In this document: positions 17,293-25,858 of the stretch, piece by piece
Layout: each line of letters starts with the position of its first letter
How positions within the stretch are numbered: the stretch's first letter is position 1
Assembly (NCBI GenBank): GCA_035466655.1
Contig: DATIUS010000052.1
Span: 1-60,440 of the forward strand
From: Candidatus Sulfomarinibacteraceae bacterium
GTDB taxonomy: Bacteria; Chloroflexota; Limnocylindria; Limnocylindrales; CSP1-4
Direction of reading: 5' to 3'
Length of the DNA: 60,440 nt
Position numbers and translations under genes: made by a program
The notes under the pieces: generated by a model
What the model was told of the DNA's origin: nothing
Databases searched by the model: none
What the model saw: only the letters and a program-made list of their open reading frames with translations

Positions 17293-18123
17293 TCAGGTGG
17301 GCCGGACCCGAACGGAGCGCCCGGCGGTGATATCGAGCCGCGCCGCCGCATCGCCCTGGTTGTCCGCGATCGCAAGCTGCCCGAACGAGTTCTCGTAGAC
17401 GAGCGGTGCACCCGGCGGACGCTCCCCGAACGTCCGGGCCCAGGGCATGACCTGGGCAATCGCGGGCCGGCCCTCGTGGGGCGCGAACTCGACGCTGAGC
17501 GCCCGGCCGGGCGTGAGCGGGCCGATGGCGGCCTCGAGATCGGCTCGCTCGCCGGCCAGCCGGACGTTGCCGAAGGAATCCACGAACAGCACCGTCGTAT
17601 CGAGGCCGCCGTCCACCTCGACCGGGGCCGGGAACTCGAGGGCGACGAGGTTCGCCGGGGCGATGCTCGGACCGACCTCCTCGAAGGCACGCCCCGTGGC
17701 GAGGTGGCCGGCCATCGGCGCGAAGACGTCCCGACCGTGGAAGGTGGAGGTGGTCCGCGGCAGCATCATGGCTTGGTTGTCGAGGATTCGGGCCTCGGTG
17801 ATCCCTCCGAGCGCGGCCGCGGCCGGCATGAGGACCCCGTTGTCCGGGCCGATGAGGATGTCGCCGCGGGCCACCCGGAGACCGATCGGCAGCCGCGTCG
17901 TCCCGACTCCGGGATCCACGACCGTGACGTGCACCCCCACCGGCAGCCACGGGACCGCGGACCAGAGGAGGTACGCGCCGTCGCCGATCGCGAACTTCCG
18001 GACGCCGTGGCTGATGTCGATGATCTGAGCGTCGCGGGCGATCGACAGCATCACCCCGCGGCAGATGGCAGGCGCGGATTCCGGGCCGAAGTCGGTGAGG
18101 AAGCTGATGACGGGCCGGTCCAT
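17293..18123 (-). CDS. DUF62-family S-adenosyl-L-methionine hydrolase (SAM:hydroxide adenosyltransferase-like), paralog A
   Basis: ISFLTDFG, VVDPGVGTTR, GPDNGVL, STFHGRDVFAP and FGNV. ATG at 18123 (MDRPVISF). Confidence 0.88.
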   Translation of the reverse strand: MDRPVISFLTDFGPESAPAICRGVMLSIARDAQIIDISHGVRKFAIGDGAYLLWSAVPWLPVGVHVTVVDPGVGTTRLPIGLRVARGDILIGPDNGVLMPAAAALGGITEARILDNQAMMLPRTTSTFHGRDVFAPMAGHLATGRAFEEVGPSIAPANLVALEFPAPVEVDGGLDTTVLFVDSFGNVRLAGERADLEAAIGPLTPGRALSVEFAPHEGRPAIAQVMPWARTFGERPPGAPLVYENSFGQLAIADNQGDAAARLDITAGRSVRVRPT

Positions 18124-18230
18124 GGGCCGCGATGGTACAGAAGCGCCAAGGGAGCGAGCGCCCGGAATCGGCAATGGCGCCGGAAAGCGGCGGCGGACGC
18201 CCGCCCCGGCACACGTGCGCGGCCTGGAAT

Positions 18231-18267
18231 CCGAAGCGGCGCCCGGAGGAGGAGGGCGCCGCTTCGG
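18231..18267 (-). terminator. Strong GC-rich hairpin (14-bp perfect stem, 9-nt loop) between the small ORF and the DUF62 operon
   Basis: ccgaagcggcgccc / ggaggagga / gggcgccgcttcgg. It lies 55 nt downstream of the minus-strand ORF ending at 18322. On the minus-strand RNA it is followed by AUUCC. There is no long U tract. Confidence 0.45.
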
Positions 18268-18321
18268 AGGGTGGTTGCCGGCCCGCGGAGGAGGGCCACT
18301 GGCCGGCGAATGTGGTCGGGG

Positions 18322-18579
18322 CTACGTCGAGGCCGCCCCCGTCGGGATGGCCGGGATCGCCAGGCCGTCGTCCGCGCCGAGTCGGCCGGTTCGGCACAGG
18401 TCCCGGAGGAAGAGGAGCCGATCGATGTCCGCCAGGCGCCACGGGCGCCCCTGTCCCACCTCGATCCCCGCCATGTAGGCGGTCAGGTTCGCGGCCTCAC
18501 CGGGCGTGAACCCACGGACGAGCAGCGAGCGGTAGGTCGCTCGAGTCGTGAAGCCGTGGTCCGGGTCCTGCGTGGCCAT
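18322..18579 (-). CDS. Small conserved-looking hypothetical protein (85 aa)
   Basis: Third codon positions are almost all G/C by my own codon-by-codon reading. ATG at 18579. Sequence MATQDPDHGFTTRATYRSLLVRGFTPGEAANLTAYMAGIEV...LLFLRDLCRTGRL. Only the C-terminal part of track ORF 18322..18861 is used. Confidence 0.6.
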   Translation of the reverse strand: MATQDPDHGFTTRATYRSLLVRGFTPGEAANLTAYMAGIEVGQGRPWRLADIDRLLFLRDLCRTGRLGADDGLAIPAIPTGAAST

Positions 18580-18778
18580 CGGTGGAGCCCTGTCGATCCT
18601 CTGTGCTGCCGTAGCCGGGGCCGTCCCGGTCGGTTCGGTGGCGTCATGGTCGGACGATGGTCCCTGACCGGCGATGACCCGACGGTCCCGGTCGACCCGG
18701 TACTTCCGGCGGCCGCTGCACGACGGGGTCGGCGTTGTCGCCGCGGTCGTCCGGGTATGCTCGGCGCCAGGAGGCGAG

Positions 18779-19789
18779 ATGGGCGAGTTCCGCGAGGATG
18801 GGGGCTCCAGCGCGAAGCGAGACCGCGGCGCGCGGCTGCTCCGCGTCGCGAACCTCCTCAAGGCGCATCCCGACGGGATCCGCGCCGAGGAGATCGCCGA
18901 GCGGCTCGGGATCTCGCGCCGAACGGCCTACCGTGACCTCGTCGCGCTCGAAGGCGAGCTGGAGATGCCGACCTGGTCGGAGGACGGGCGCTGGGGGATG
19001 CTCGACGCGGCGTTCCTCCCGCCGCTCAAGCTCACGACGTCGGAGGCGATGGCCGTCTTCCTCGCCGCGCGGCTCATGGTCCGCTACGCCGACAAGTACG
19101 ACCCGGACCTCGCCTCGGCCTTCGAGAAGCTCACCGAGGGCCTCCCGGCGGCGCTGACCGAGCACGTCAACCGCTCGCTCGACGTGCTCCAGCGCGCCAG
19201 GCGCGATCCCGCCTTCGTCGAACACGTCCACGCCCTCACCCGCGCCTGGGCGGAACGCCGGGTCGTCGAGATCGACTACGCCGCCGCGCGCTACGAGGGC
19301 CGTCCCGGGACCGCGCGACGGGCGACCGTCCGTCCGTACCTCATCGAGCCGTCGACCCAGACCCATGCGCTCTACCTGATCGGGTTCGACGAGGGCCGGG
19401 ACGGGCTCCGGACGTTCAAGATCGAGCGGATCCGGTCCGTGGCCGTCACGCCGCGCCGCTTCGAGCCGCCCGAGCCGGGCACGGTGGAGACGATGCTCCG
19501 GCAGGCCTGGGACATCATCGCGGACCAGCCGTCGACGGAGATCGAGCTGCGGTTCGTGCCGGCGGTCGCCGGCCGGGTCGCGGAGACGATCTGGCACCCG
19601 ACGCAGCGCCTCGAGCCGCGGGCCGATGGCTCGCTCGTCTGGCGGGCCACCGTCAGCGGGACGATCGAGGTCCGGCTGTGGGTCCTGTCCTGGGGGGACG
19701 AGGTGGAGGTCCTCGCGCCAGCCTCGCTCCGCGACGATGTCCGCGCGACCCACGCTCGGGCGCTCGCGAAGCTCGGACCCGAGCGCTGA
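18779..19789 (+). CDS. HTH-WYL-WCX transcriptional regulator (PafBC/YafY-like)
   Basis: wHTH: RLLRVANLLKAHPDGIRAEEIAERLGISRRTAYRDLVALE. WYL-type core: VVEIDYAA...VRPYLIEPSTQTHALYLIGFDEGRDGLRTFKIERI. C-terminal extension domain. ATG at 18779 follows AGGAGG. Confidence 0.88.
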   Translation: MGEFREDGGSSAKRDRGARLLRVANLLKAHPDGIRAEEIAERLGISRRTAYRDLVALEGELEMPTWSEDGRWGMLDAAFLPPLKLTTSEAMAVFLAARLMVRYADKYDPDLASAFEKLTEGLPAALTEHVNRSLDVLQRARRDPAFVEHVHALTRAWAERRVVEIDYAAARYEGRPGTARRATVRPYLIEPSTQTHALYLIGFDEGRDGLRTFKIERIRSVAVTPRRFEPPEPGTVETMLRQAWDIIADQPSTEIELRFVPAVAGRVAETIWHPTQRLEPRADGSLVWRATVSGTIEVRLWVLSWGDEVEVLAPASLRDDVRATHARALAKLGPER

Positions 19790-19792
19790 GCG

Positions 19793-21241
19793 ATGCCCCG
19801 CCCAGCGCATCATCCGTTCTCGGCGGTCAACCTGATCAGCGATCCGATCCACGGCTACGTCGAGCTGACGAAGCGCCTGGCGCCGGACGAGGCGGCCGTG
19901 GCCGGGCTGGCGCCCGAGGATGCCGCCGAGGACGACCTGCTCGACACGGCGTGGGTCCAGCGGCTCCGGCGAATCAGCCAGCTCCAGAGCGCCCGCTGGG
20001 TCTTCCCGACGGCCGAGCACTCGCGGTTCACGCACGGCCTCGGCGTCATGCACGAAGCCGGACTCTGGGCGAGATCCCTCTACCCCACGCTCCGGGCCGT
20101 GCTCGCCGCCCGATCGGCGGGCGCGGCTGGCGACGCGGGTGACCGGAAACCGTCCGAGCCGATCCCGTCCGAGGGTCTCGTCGTCGAGACCCTCCGTGTC
20201 GCCGGGCTCCTCCACGATGTCGGGCACGGCCCGTTCGCCCACTACTTCGACGACCGGTTCCTCGCGGCGCTGCCGGCCCCACCGGATTCCCGGCGTCCCG
20301 GCGTGAAGTCTCTGTCACACGAGGACCTGAGCCAGCTGATCATCGAGCGGGAGCTGGCCCCGGTCATCGGCGCCCTCCGCCGCGCGCCGGGGAATGCCCC
20401 TGCGCGCGACTCGTTCGCGACCGGCGAGGCGATCGACCCGCGCTGGGTCTCGTTCATCGTCTCGAAGCCGGCGCTGGCCGACCCCTCGATGCCGCGCTGG
20501 GTGCGGCTCCTCCAGCCGCTCCTGTCAGGCGTCTTCACGGTCGACAACCTCGACTACGTCCGGCGAGACGCGCACTTCACCGGCGTCCAGGTCGGGATCG
20601 ACGCCGAGCGCCTCCGCCGCTACGCGTTCATGGGCGAACGGGGGCTCACGCTCTACGAGTCGGGCGTGCCGGCGCTCGAGGGGTTCCTCGGCGCGCGGCT
20701 GCTCCTGTACCAGCAGGTCTACTTCCACCGGACGGTCCGGGCGATCGACCTCGATCTCGCGGAGGTGTTCGCGCCGTCGATCCTGGCGATCTTCGGCGAC
20801 CGCTCGCCGGTCGACCGCCTCGGCGACTATGCCGACCTCGACGAGTACGCGCTCCTCCACCAGGCCGCCCGCTGGTCGCGCGGCGAGGACATCGCGGCCC
20901 CCGGGACGGCCCGGGCGGGCGACGGCCGGGTCGAGCGGACCGTCGCCGACGGATGGCGGGGGATCCTCCTTCGGCGGCCACGGTGGCGAGTGGACGGCGA
21001 GGTCCGGGCGGAGTTCGAGGCCGGCGCGTTCCCCGACGCCGTGGTCGCGACGCTCGGTGCGGCCGAGCCGGGGCGGGTGGCGATCGACCTTGCCCTGGTG
21101 GACGCCCGGCTGCCGGACGTCGAGGCCGCCGGCCGGCTCACGATCCAGCGACGGGATGGCTCGGTGCCGGCGCTGTCCGAGGCGCTCCCGAGGATTCCGG
21201 GCTATGCGCTGATCGCCCGGCGGTATCGCCGAACCGATTGA
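19793..21241 (+). CDS. HD-domain phosphohydrolase of the SAMHD1/dNTP triphosphohydrolase-like family
   Basis: HSRFTHGLGVMH, LLHDVGHGPFAHYFD and DNLDYVRRDAHFTGV. It starts 4 nt after the WYL gene stop. Confidence 0.85.
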   Translation: MPRPAHHPFSAVNLISDPIHGYVELTKRLAPDEAAVAGLAPEDAAEDDLLDTAWVQRLRRISQLQSARWVFPTAEHSRFTHGLGVMHEAGLWARSLYPTLRAVLAARSAGAAGDAGDRKPSEPIPSEGLVVETLRVAGLLHDVGHGPFAHYFDDRFLAALPAPPDSRRPGVKSLSHEDLSQLIIERELAPVIGALRRAPGNAPARDSFATGEAIDPRWVSFIVSKPALADPSMPRWVRLLQPLLSGVFTVDNLDYVRRDAHFTGVQVGIDAERLRRYAFMGERGLTLYESGVPALEGFLGARLLLYQQVYFHRTVRAIDLDLAEVFAPSILAIFGDRSPVDRLGDYADLDEYALLHQAARWSRGEDIAAPGTARAGDGRVERTVADGWRGILLRRPRWRVDGEVRAEFEAGAFPDAVVATLGAAEPGRVAIDLALVDARLPDVEAAGRLTIQRRDGSVPALSEALPRIPGYALIARRYRRTD

Positions 21242-21292
21242 GGGCACGGTCGTCCGGACGCCGGCGCGGGGTGGGAGGCGAGCCGCGGCGCG

Positions 21293-22222
21293 TCAGCGGA
21301 TCCCGGCGGTCTCGAGGGACGGAAGGACGAGCAGCGGGTCGATCCTCGCGGTGAGCTCGAGCGGCAGGAGCATGCGCCCGGCCGCCTCCGGGTCAAGTCC
21401 GAAGGTCGCGACCTCCTCCGGGGCGAACAGGCCGTAATGGAGGTGGCAGCCTGAGGCCCGGCCCGTGGCGCCCTCGTAGCCGAGCAGGTCGCCGGCCTCG
21501 ACGAGGTCGCCCGGCTTGACGACGACCTTTCTGAAGTGCGCATAGAGGCTTCGGTAGCCGTTCCCGTCGTCGATGACGACGACGATCGGGAGGGTGGCCC
21601 AGAGGCGCTCGGCGTCGAGCCGGTCCGTGTACGGCCCGAGGTCCCCCTGCCAGCCCATGTACTCGTCGTACCGGCGCCCGGCGGCGAGAACGATGCCGTC
21701 GTGGGCTGCCGTGATCCGGTCCCCGCAGAAGGTCGCGAGGTCCAGCCCGTCGTGGTACTTCTCACCGTTGACGAGCCGGGAGCCCCAGGGGGACGGCCCG
21801 AACGGAAGGGTCAGGCGGGCGTTCCGAATCGGCCACCCATAGCCGGTGAGCGTGCGGACCGACGGCACGAGTCCGCGCGCGGGCGACCGGCCCTCCCCGA
21901 TCGAGGCCGAACCCTGCCGCCAGAGGCGCGGTTCGGCGTCCGTCGTCAGCGGACCGGCTGGGGCGTCGTGGGCCGCGGTCGCAGCGGGCAGCGCGGCTGG
22001 AGCGTCCAGGGCTACCACGACGTGCGCCGCTTCGCCGACGTCCCCCGGGCTGGGAACCGGGGTGGCCACCACGCTGAGGACCTCGCTCGACGGCGGCGAG
22101 GGCGACCCGCCGAAGAGGATCGGGGCGAGCAGGAGGGCCGCCAGGCCCGCGATCGCGACCGGCAGCCGGCGAAGGACGGCATGCCGCCGGGACCGTCGAT
22201 TCGGGATTCGGCGTGCGTGCAC
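21293..22222 (-). CDS. M23 family metallopeptidase (LytM-like) with an N-terminal membrane/signal anchor
   Basis: HDGLDL, YRSLYAH and GATGRASGCHLHYG (HxxxD and HxH motifs). Anchor LPVAIAGLAALLLAPILF. Start uncertain: GTG 22222 or the upstream ATG at 22288. Confidence 0.85.
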   Translation of the reverse strand: MHARRIPNRRSRRHAVLRRLPVAIAGLAALLLAPILFGGSPSPPSSEVLSVVATPVPSPGDVGEAAHVVVALDAPAALPAATAAHDAPAGPLTTDAEPRLWRQGSASIGEGRSPARGLVPSVRTLTGYGWPIRNARLTLPFGPSPWGSRLVNGEKYHDGLDLATFCGDRITAAHDGIVLAAGRRYDEYMGWQGDLGPYTDRLDAERLWATLPIVVVIDDGNGYRSLYAHFRKVVVKPGDLVEAGDLLGYEGATGRASGCHLHYGLFAPEEVATFGLDPEAAGRMLLPLELTARIDPLLVLPSLETAGIR

Positions 22223-22588
22223 GGGCAGATTGTGGACTGCCGCAAGGCGGCCCGCGCAAGGGTCCCGTACAGGAGCCGGGGATGGCACCCCGGTGGCGAT
22301 CGGCCGGCGTCGCGCGTCGAGCGCGCGTGACCGGACCTGCTCGCGCCCGCCTCAGGGGAGCGCGCGAGCGGCCCGCCAGCGATGGATGTCCGGGTACGGC
22401 ATGACGATGACGTACTTGCCGGCGAGCGCCAGGGACCAGGCGGAGACGGGGCTGGACGTGCCGGTCCCTGCCCCGGCGACCGCCTCGGTGCCACCATGCG
22501 GGGGCTGTCGGGGGCGCGGGCCATGCGGAAACCGTACCGGATGGCCCCTCGGTTCGTTCCCGCCCCGGTCAATATCAGGCGAGTGCCA

Positions 22589-22960
22589 TCAGGCCAGCGC
22601 TTTCCGAATCGCCGGCACGTCCGAGCCGCCGATCACGAGGCGCCCGTCGACGGTCAGGTAGAGGAGGTCGACGTTGACCTCGGCGTCGGCGAGCCGCCGG
22701 AGGAGCCCAGCGGCGGCGCCCGGCATGTTCTCGACCGGGACGACGGCGACCTGCCGCTCCACCCGGAGCTCGAACCCGGCGTCGATCAGGGCGCGGCGCG
22801 CCCGCTCGGCGTCGATCACCAGCACGTGGTAGACACCCTGCTCCTCGCAGACGAAACCGCAGGCGCCCTCGATGTTGACGCCCGCCCGGCCGAGGACGTC
22901 GCTGGCCCTTGCGAGCGAGCCGGGCCGATCGACGAGCGCGACGGTCAGATCGGTTGTCAC
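22589..22960 (-). CDS. ACT domain protein
   Basis: Two ACT-like beta-alpha-beta-beta-alpha-beta halves (VDRPGSLARASDVLGRAGVNIEG, ENMPGAAAGLLRRLADAEVNVD). Confidence 0.8.
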   Translation of the reverse strand: MTTDLTVALVDRPGSLARASDVLGRAGVNIEGACGFVCEEQGVYHVLVIDAERARRALIDAGFELRVERQVAVVPVENMPGAAAGLLRRLADAEVNVDLLYLTVDGRLVIGGSDVPAIRKALA

Positions 22961-23056
22961 GGTGTGGTCTCCCCCGTTGCGATGATCGGATCGTAGCGTC
23001 GCCGGTCAACGCCTCTGGAGCTGCGACCGGAGCCGTGCGCTACCCTTGCGTTCCGC

Positions 23057-23133
23057 GCGCCCGTAGCTCAGCGGACCAGAGCATGTGGCTTCGGACCACA
23101 GGGTCGGGGGTTCGAATCCCTCCGGGCGCGCCA
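23057..23133 (+). tRNA. tRNA-Arg, anticodon UCG, with encoded CCA
   Basis: Hand-folded cloverleaf. Acceptor GCGCCCG/CGGGCGC; D stem GCTC/GAGC; anticodon stem TGTGG/CCACA with loop CT-TCG-GA; T arm GGGGG-TTCGAAT-CCCTC; discriminator G; CCA at 23131..23133. Confidence 0.9.
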
Positions 23134-23134
23134 A
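23119..23134 (+). repeat. att-like core, copy 1 (3-prime end of tRNA-Arg): cctccgggcgcgccaa
   Basis: Exact 16-nt direct repeat with 23354..23369. 14 of its nt, or 15 nt starting at 23118, recur at 38363..38377. Confidence 0.7.
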
Positions 23135-23136
23135 TG

Positions 23137-23281
23137 TCATGAGTCGCGACATCGGCGACACATGTGGTCAGCCAGTCGCTCGAGACCCCGGCCATCGGCT
23201 GATACGGCACTCGGCTGCTGCGGCGGTGACGGAAAGCTGCCCTGAGACGACCTTGAGGACGGCCACGCGGTGCTTCGACAT
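23137..23281 (-). mobile_element. Frameshifted, truncated N-terminal remnant of a transposase (HTH region; looks IS481/IS3-like)
   Basis: Minus-strand ATG at 23281 gives MSKHRVAVLKVVSGQLSVTAAAAECRISRWPGSRATG*. After a frameshift it continues ...ADGRGLERLADH..RR. This resembles the HTH plus GGLEAL...RSRRP N-termini of actinobacterial IS transposases. It ends abruptly at the tRNA boundary. Family assignment is from memory only. Confidence 0.45.
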
Positions 23282-23353
23282 GCGCGGCACTGTCACGCAT
23301 GTCCCGACTCAGGTGTGCCCTATCAGGTGTCACCTATGTCCTGAACTCAGACA

Positions 23354-23369
23354 CCTCCGGGCGCGCCAA
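23354..23369 (+). repeat. att-like core, copy 2: cctccgggcgcgccaa
   Basis: Exact 16-nt direct repeat of the tRNA-Arg 3-prime end, 235 bp downstream, enclosing the transposase remnant. Confidence 0.7.
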
Positions 23370-23711
23370 GGTATCGTCGGCCGCCGGACGAACGCCCTGG
23401 TCACGGACCTATTCCGCGGGCTCGGGGACCACGGGTCCGCTGCGTTGCTCGGATCCGAGCTCACACAATCGATCGTCCTCCTCGTGGTCTATCGCGCGGC
23501 GACTTGCGAAGCAGTGACGGGCAGAGGCGCGGCGGAACGAGAAGTCGATCCTCGACAGCGATCCGGACCTATCGATCCGGTGAACCGACCATCGTTCTGT
23601 CGGATGATCGATTCCCGACTATCGGCGACGCCGGGCGGATGCCCAGCCTGTTTCGGACGGTATGCTGGTGCCCTGGCCGCCTTCGCGCCAGGGAGAGCAC
23701 AGGTTCCCAAC

Positions 23712-24470
23712 GTGAGCTTCGATGTCGCCGCCGAGGCCTACGACGACTTCATGGGTCGATACTCGCGCTTGCTGTCTTGTCAACTGGCAGACCTCGCCTC
23801 GGTGCGCCGAGGGCAGCGAGTCATCGACGTCGGTTGCGGCACGGGCGCGCTCACCGGCGAGCTGGTTGCCCGGCTGGGGCCCGACGCAGTGGCGGCCGTC
23901 GATCCGTCCGAGCCGTTTGTTGCCGCGACGCAGGCGCGCCACCCCGGCGTCGACGTTCGACGCGCGGCTGCCGAACAGATTCCGTTCTCGGATGACGCCT
24001 TCGATGCCGCCCTCGCGCAGCTCGTCGTCCACTTCATGAAGGATCCGGTCGCGGGGCTGACCGAGATGGCCCGGGTGACCCGGCGCGGCGGTGTCGTCGC
24101 CGCGTGCGTGTGGGATCACGGCGGGGTCAATGGACCGCTCCACCTCTTCTGGGACGCTGCGCGTGCGCTCGACCCTGATGTCGACGATGAGTCCGACCTC
24201 CCGGGTGCCCGCGCAGGTCACCTGGCCGAGCTGTTCGGCGCCGCCGGGTTGCGTGAGGTTGCCGATACCGCTCTCTCCGTCCGCCTCGAACACCCGACGT
24301 TCGACGCTTGGTGGAAGCCGTTCACGGCTGGCGTTGGTCCCGCCGGCGCCTACCTGGCAAGCCTCGATGCGGACCAGCGCGTTGCGTTGCGCGACGAGTG
24401 CCGGCGAAGGGTGCCCTCGGAGCCGTTCCCGGTTACCGCCGTTGCGTGGGCGGCGCGCGGACTCGCGTAG
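23712..24470 (+). CDS. Class I SAM-dependent methyltransferase
   Basis: Motif I VIDVGCGTGALT, post-I VDPSE, and Methyltransf_11-like FDAALAQLVVHF. GTG at 23712 was chosen. The upstream part of the track ORF crosses the tRNA. Confidence 0.85.
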   Translation: MSFDVAAEAYDDFMGRYSRLLSCQLADLASVRRGQRVIDVGCGTGALTGELVARLGPDAVAAVDPSEPFVAATQARHPGVDVRRAAAEQIPFSDDAFDAALAQLVVHFMKDPVAGLTEMARVTRRGGVVAACVWDHGGVNGPLHLFWDAARALDPDVDDESDLPGARAGHLAELFGAAGLREVADTALSVRLEHPTFDAWWKPFTAGVGPAGAYLASLDADQRVALRDECRRRVPSEPFPVTAVAWAARGLA

Positions 24471-24557
24471 CGCGGAGCGAGAAGGCGTGCCAGAACAACA
24501 TCGTGGACTTCTCGAGTGGCGAGGCGCCTGCAACTGCGCCCGCCGAAGCGCCTACCG

Positions 24558-24896
24558 CTAGTAGTCCAGCCGCTGGATCCGAGACAGCTCGAAGTTCCGC
24601 AGCCAGACCGAGCCGTATGCCACCCCGATCTTGAGCCTGCCCCGGGCGGTCGGATACGTCGCCACGATGCGGTTCGAGGCGACGTCCACCCGATTGATCT
24701 CCTCCGAGCCGGCCAACCAGACTGCCTCGTCCGTGGCGAAGTTGGAATCCGTCACCCGCCTGGGCCTGGCTCAGCGGCAGGAAGGCCGATCCAGCACCGG
24801 AGATCGGATCGACCCGGAGTAGTCCCCTGGGAGTGCTCACCGCGCCTTCATCCCCAAACAGGGTGAGCCAGAGGGAGTCCGTGCCCTTGCCGCCAG
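24558..24896 (-). pseudogene. Frameshifted C-terminal fragment of a beta-propeller (NHL/YVTN-like) repeat protein
   Basis: Two frames join into blade-like repeats: SLWLTLFGDEGAVSTPRGLLRVDPISG, then AVWLAGSEEINRVDVASNRIVATYP, then GSVWLRNFELSRIQRLDY. No plausible N-terminus or start. Confidence 0.5.
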
Positions 24897-24914
24897 GCAG
24901 GTGCGCCTGCCCTC

Positions 24915-25545
24915 GTGCTTCACGCGACAGACCAGGTCTTCGATCTTTCGTTCGAAGCGCTGCCGTCCAGCCATCACTACGTCGGCCCGCTCGGCATCTG
25001 GGAGCCGCCCAGCATGCCGCCCGATTACCTGGCCGGGCCCGGCGACCCATGGGTGACTCGTCTCGATCAGCTCGCAGTTTCAGGACGACGTGCCGCTAGC
25101 CGAGGCCGCCCTGGAAGCACTCGCTGACCGCCCCGTGCGCGTGGTGCTGACGGTCGGGCCGGACCACAATCCCGGCGAGGTGTCGGCTGTCCCTGCCAAT
25201 ACTCGGGTCGAGCGAACGATCTCGCACGCGGCGGTGCTGCGGCACGGTGCGCTCCTCGTGAGCCATGCCGGCCACGGCTCGGTGATGAAGGCGCTCTGGC
25301 ATGGCCGACCCATGGTCCTGGTGCCATGGGGCCGCGACCAGCCGGGAGTGGTCGTGCGTGCCGCGGCACTCGGCGTCGCTGAGGTCGTGCCTCGTCAGGA
25401 GGCCTCCGGCGAGATGCTCGCCGCAGCGGTGGATCGGGCCCTGACGAACCAGCAGATGCGAGCGACCGCCGCGTGGCACGCGGCAAGACTCCAGGCGGCT
25501 GATCCTCCGAGCGTGGCTGCGACACGCATCGAGTCGCTCCTGTGA
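24915..25545 (+). pseudogene. 5-prime-truncated and frameshifted GT1-family (MGT/UDP-glycosyltransferase-like) glycosyltransferase
   Basis: Frame 1 gives HHYVGPLGIWEPP...GDPWV. After a frameshift near 25050-25060 it continues LVSISSQFQDDVPLAEAAL...VSHAGHGSVMKALWHGRPMVLVPWGRDQP (the C-terminal donor-binding domain). The whole N-terminal acceptor domain is absent. Confidence 0.6.
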
Positions 25546-25617
25546 ATCGGAGATCCAGCTCGCGGGTGAGGTCGAATGAAATCGCCTTGCACCCGCGGGG
25601 ACGGTCGCTGCGCGAGA

Positions 25618-25750
25618 CTTGACGAGCTCGAGGGCGAGGTCAGCTTCAGCCGGGCCGGCCAGACGATCAAGGCGCAGGCGGGAGACTGGACCCACGTCCC
25701 GAGAGGCGCCAGCCACTTCCAGACAGGCATGTCCGGCGCGAGCTACCTCG
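25618..25750 (+). pseudogene. Possible cupin-fold gene fragment
   Basis: EGEVSFSRAGQTIKAQAGDWTHVPRGASHFQ resembles cupin motif 2. There is no motif 1 and no credible start. It lies next to other fragments. Confidence 0.3.
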
Positions 25751-25858
25751 GCGCCATGCACGCCTGGCGGCGAGGAGCCGCGCTTCCGCGAGGTGGCCGC
25801 GAGTTCCGATCGCGAGTGAAGGCCATCGGGCGTGTGAGGCAACGCTCTGGCGCGGATG

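Noticed and set aside
16457-18123. The DUF62 proteins as fluorinase/chlorinase-type halogenases
   Set aside because: Both copies retain DPGVGTxR and FHGRD, which I recall as the Asp-Arg-His triad of hydroxide adenosyltransferases. They do not carry the divergent residues of FlA or SalL at those positions. A halogenase-like N-terminal CRGVM motif is noted but is not enough on its own.
16457-18442. Single 661-aa ORF suggesting one large fused DUF62 protein
   Set aside because: Only the last 275 codons show DUF62 similarity. The upstream 386 codons are Arg/Pro-rich and overlap, out of frame, the second DUF62 gene (17293..18123), which has its own start and full-length similarity.
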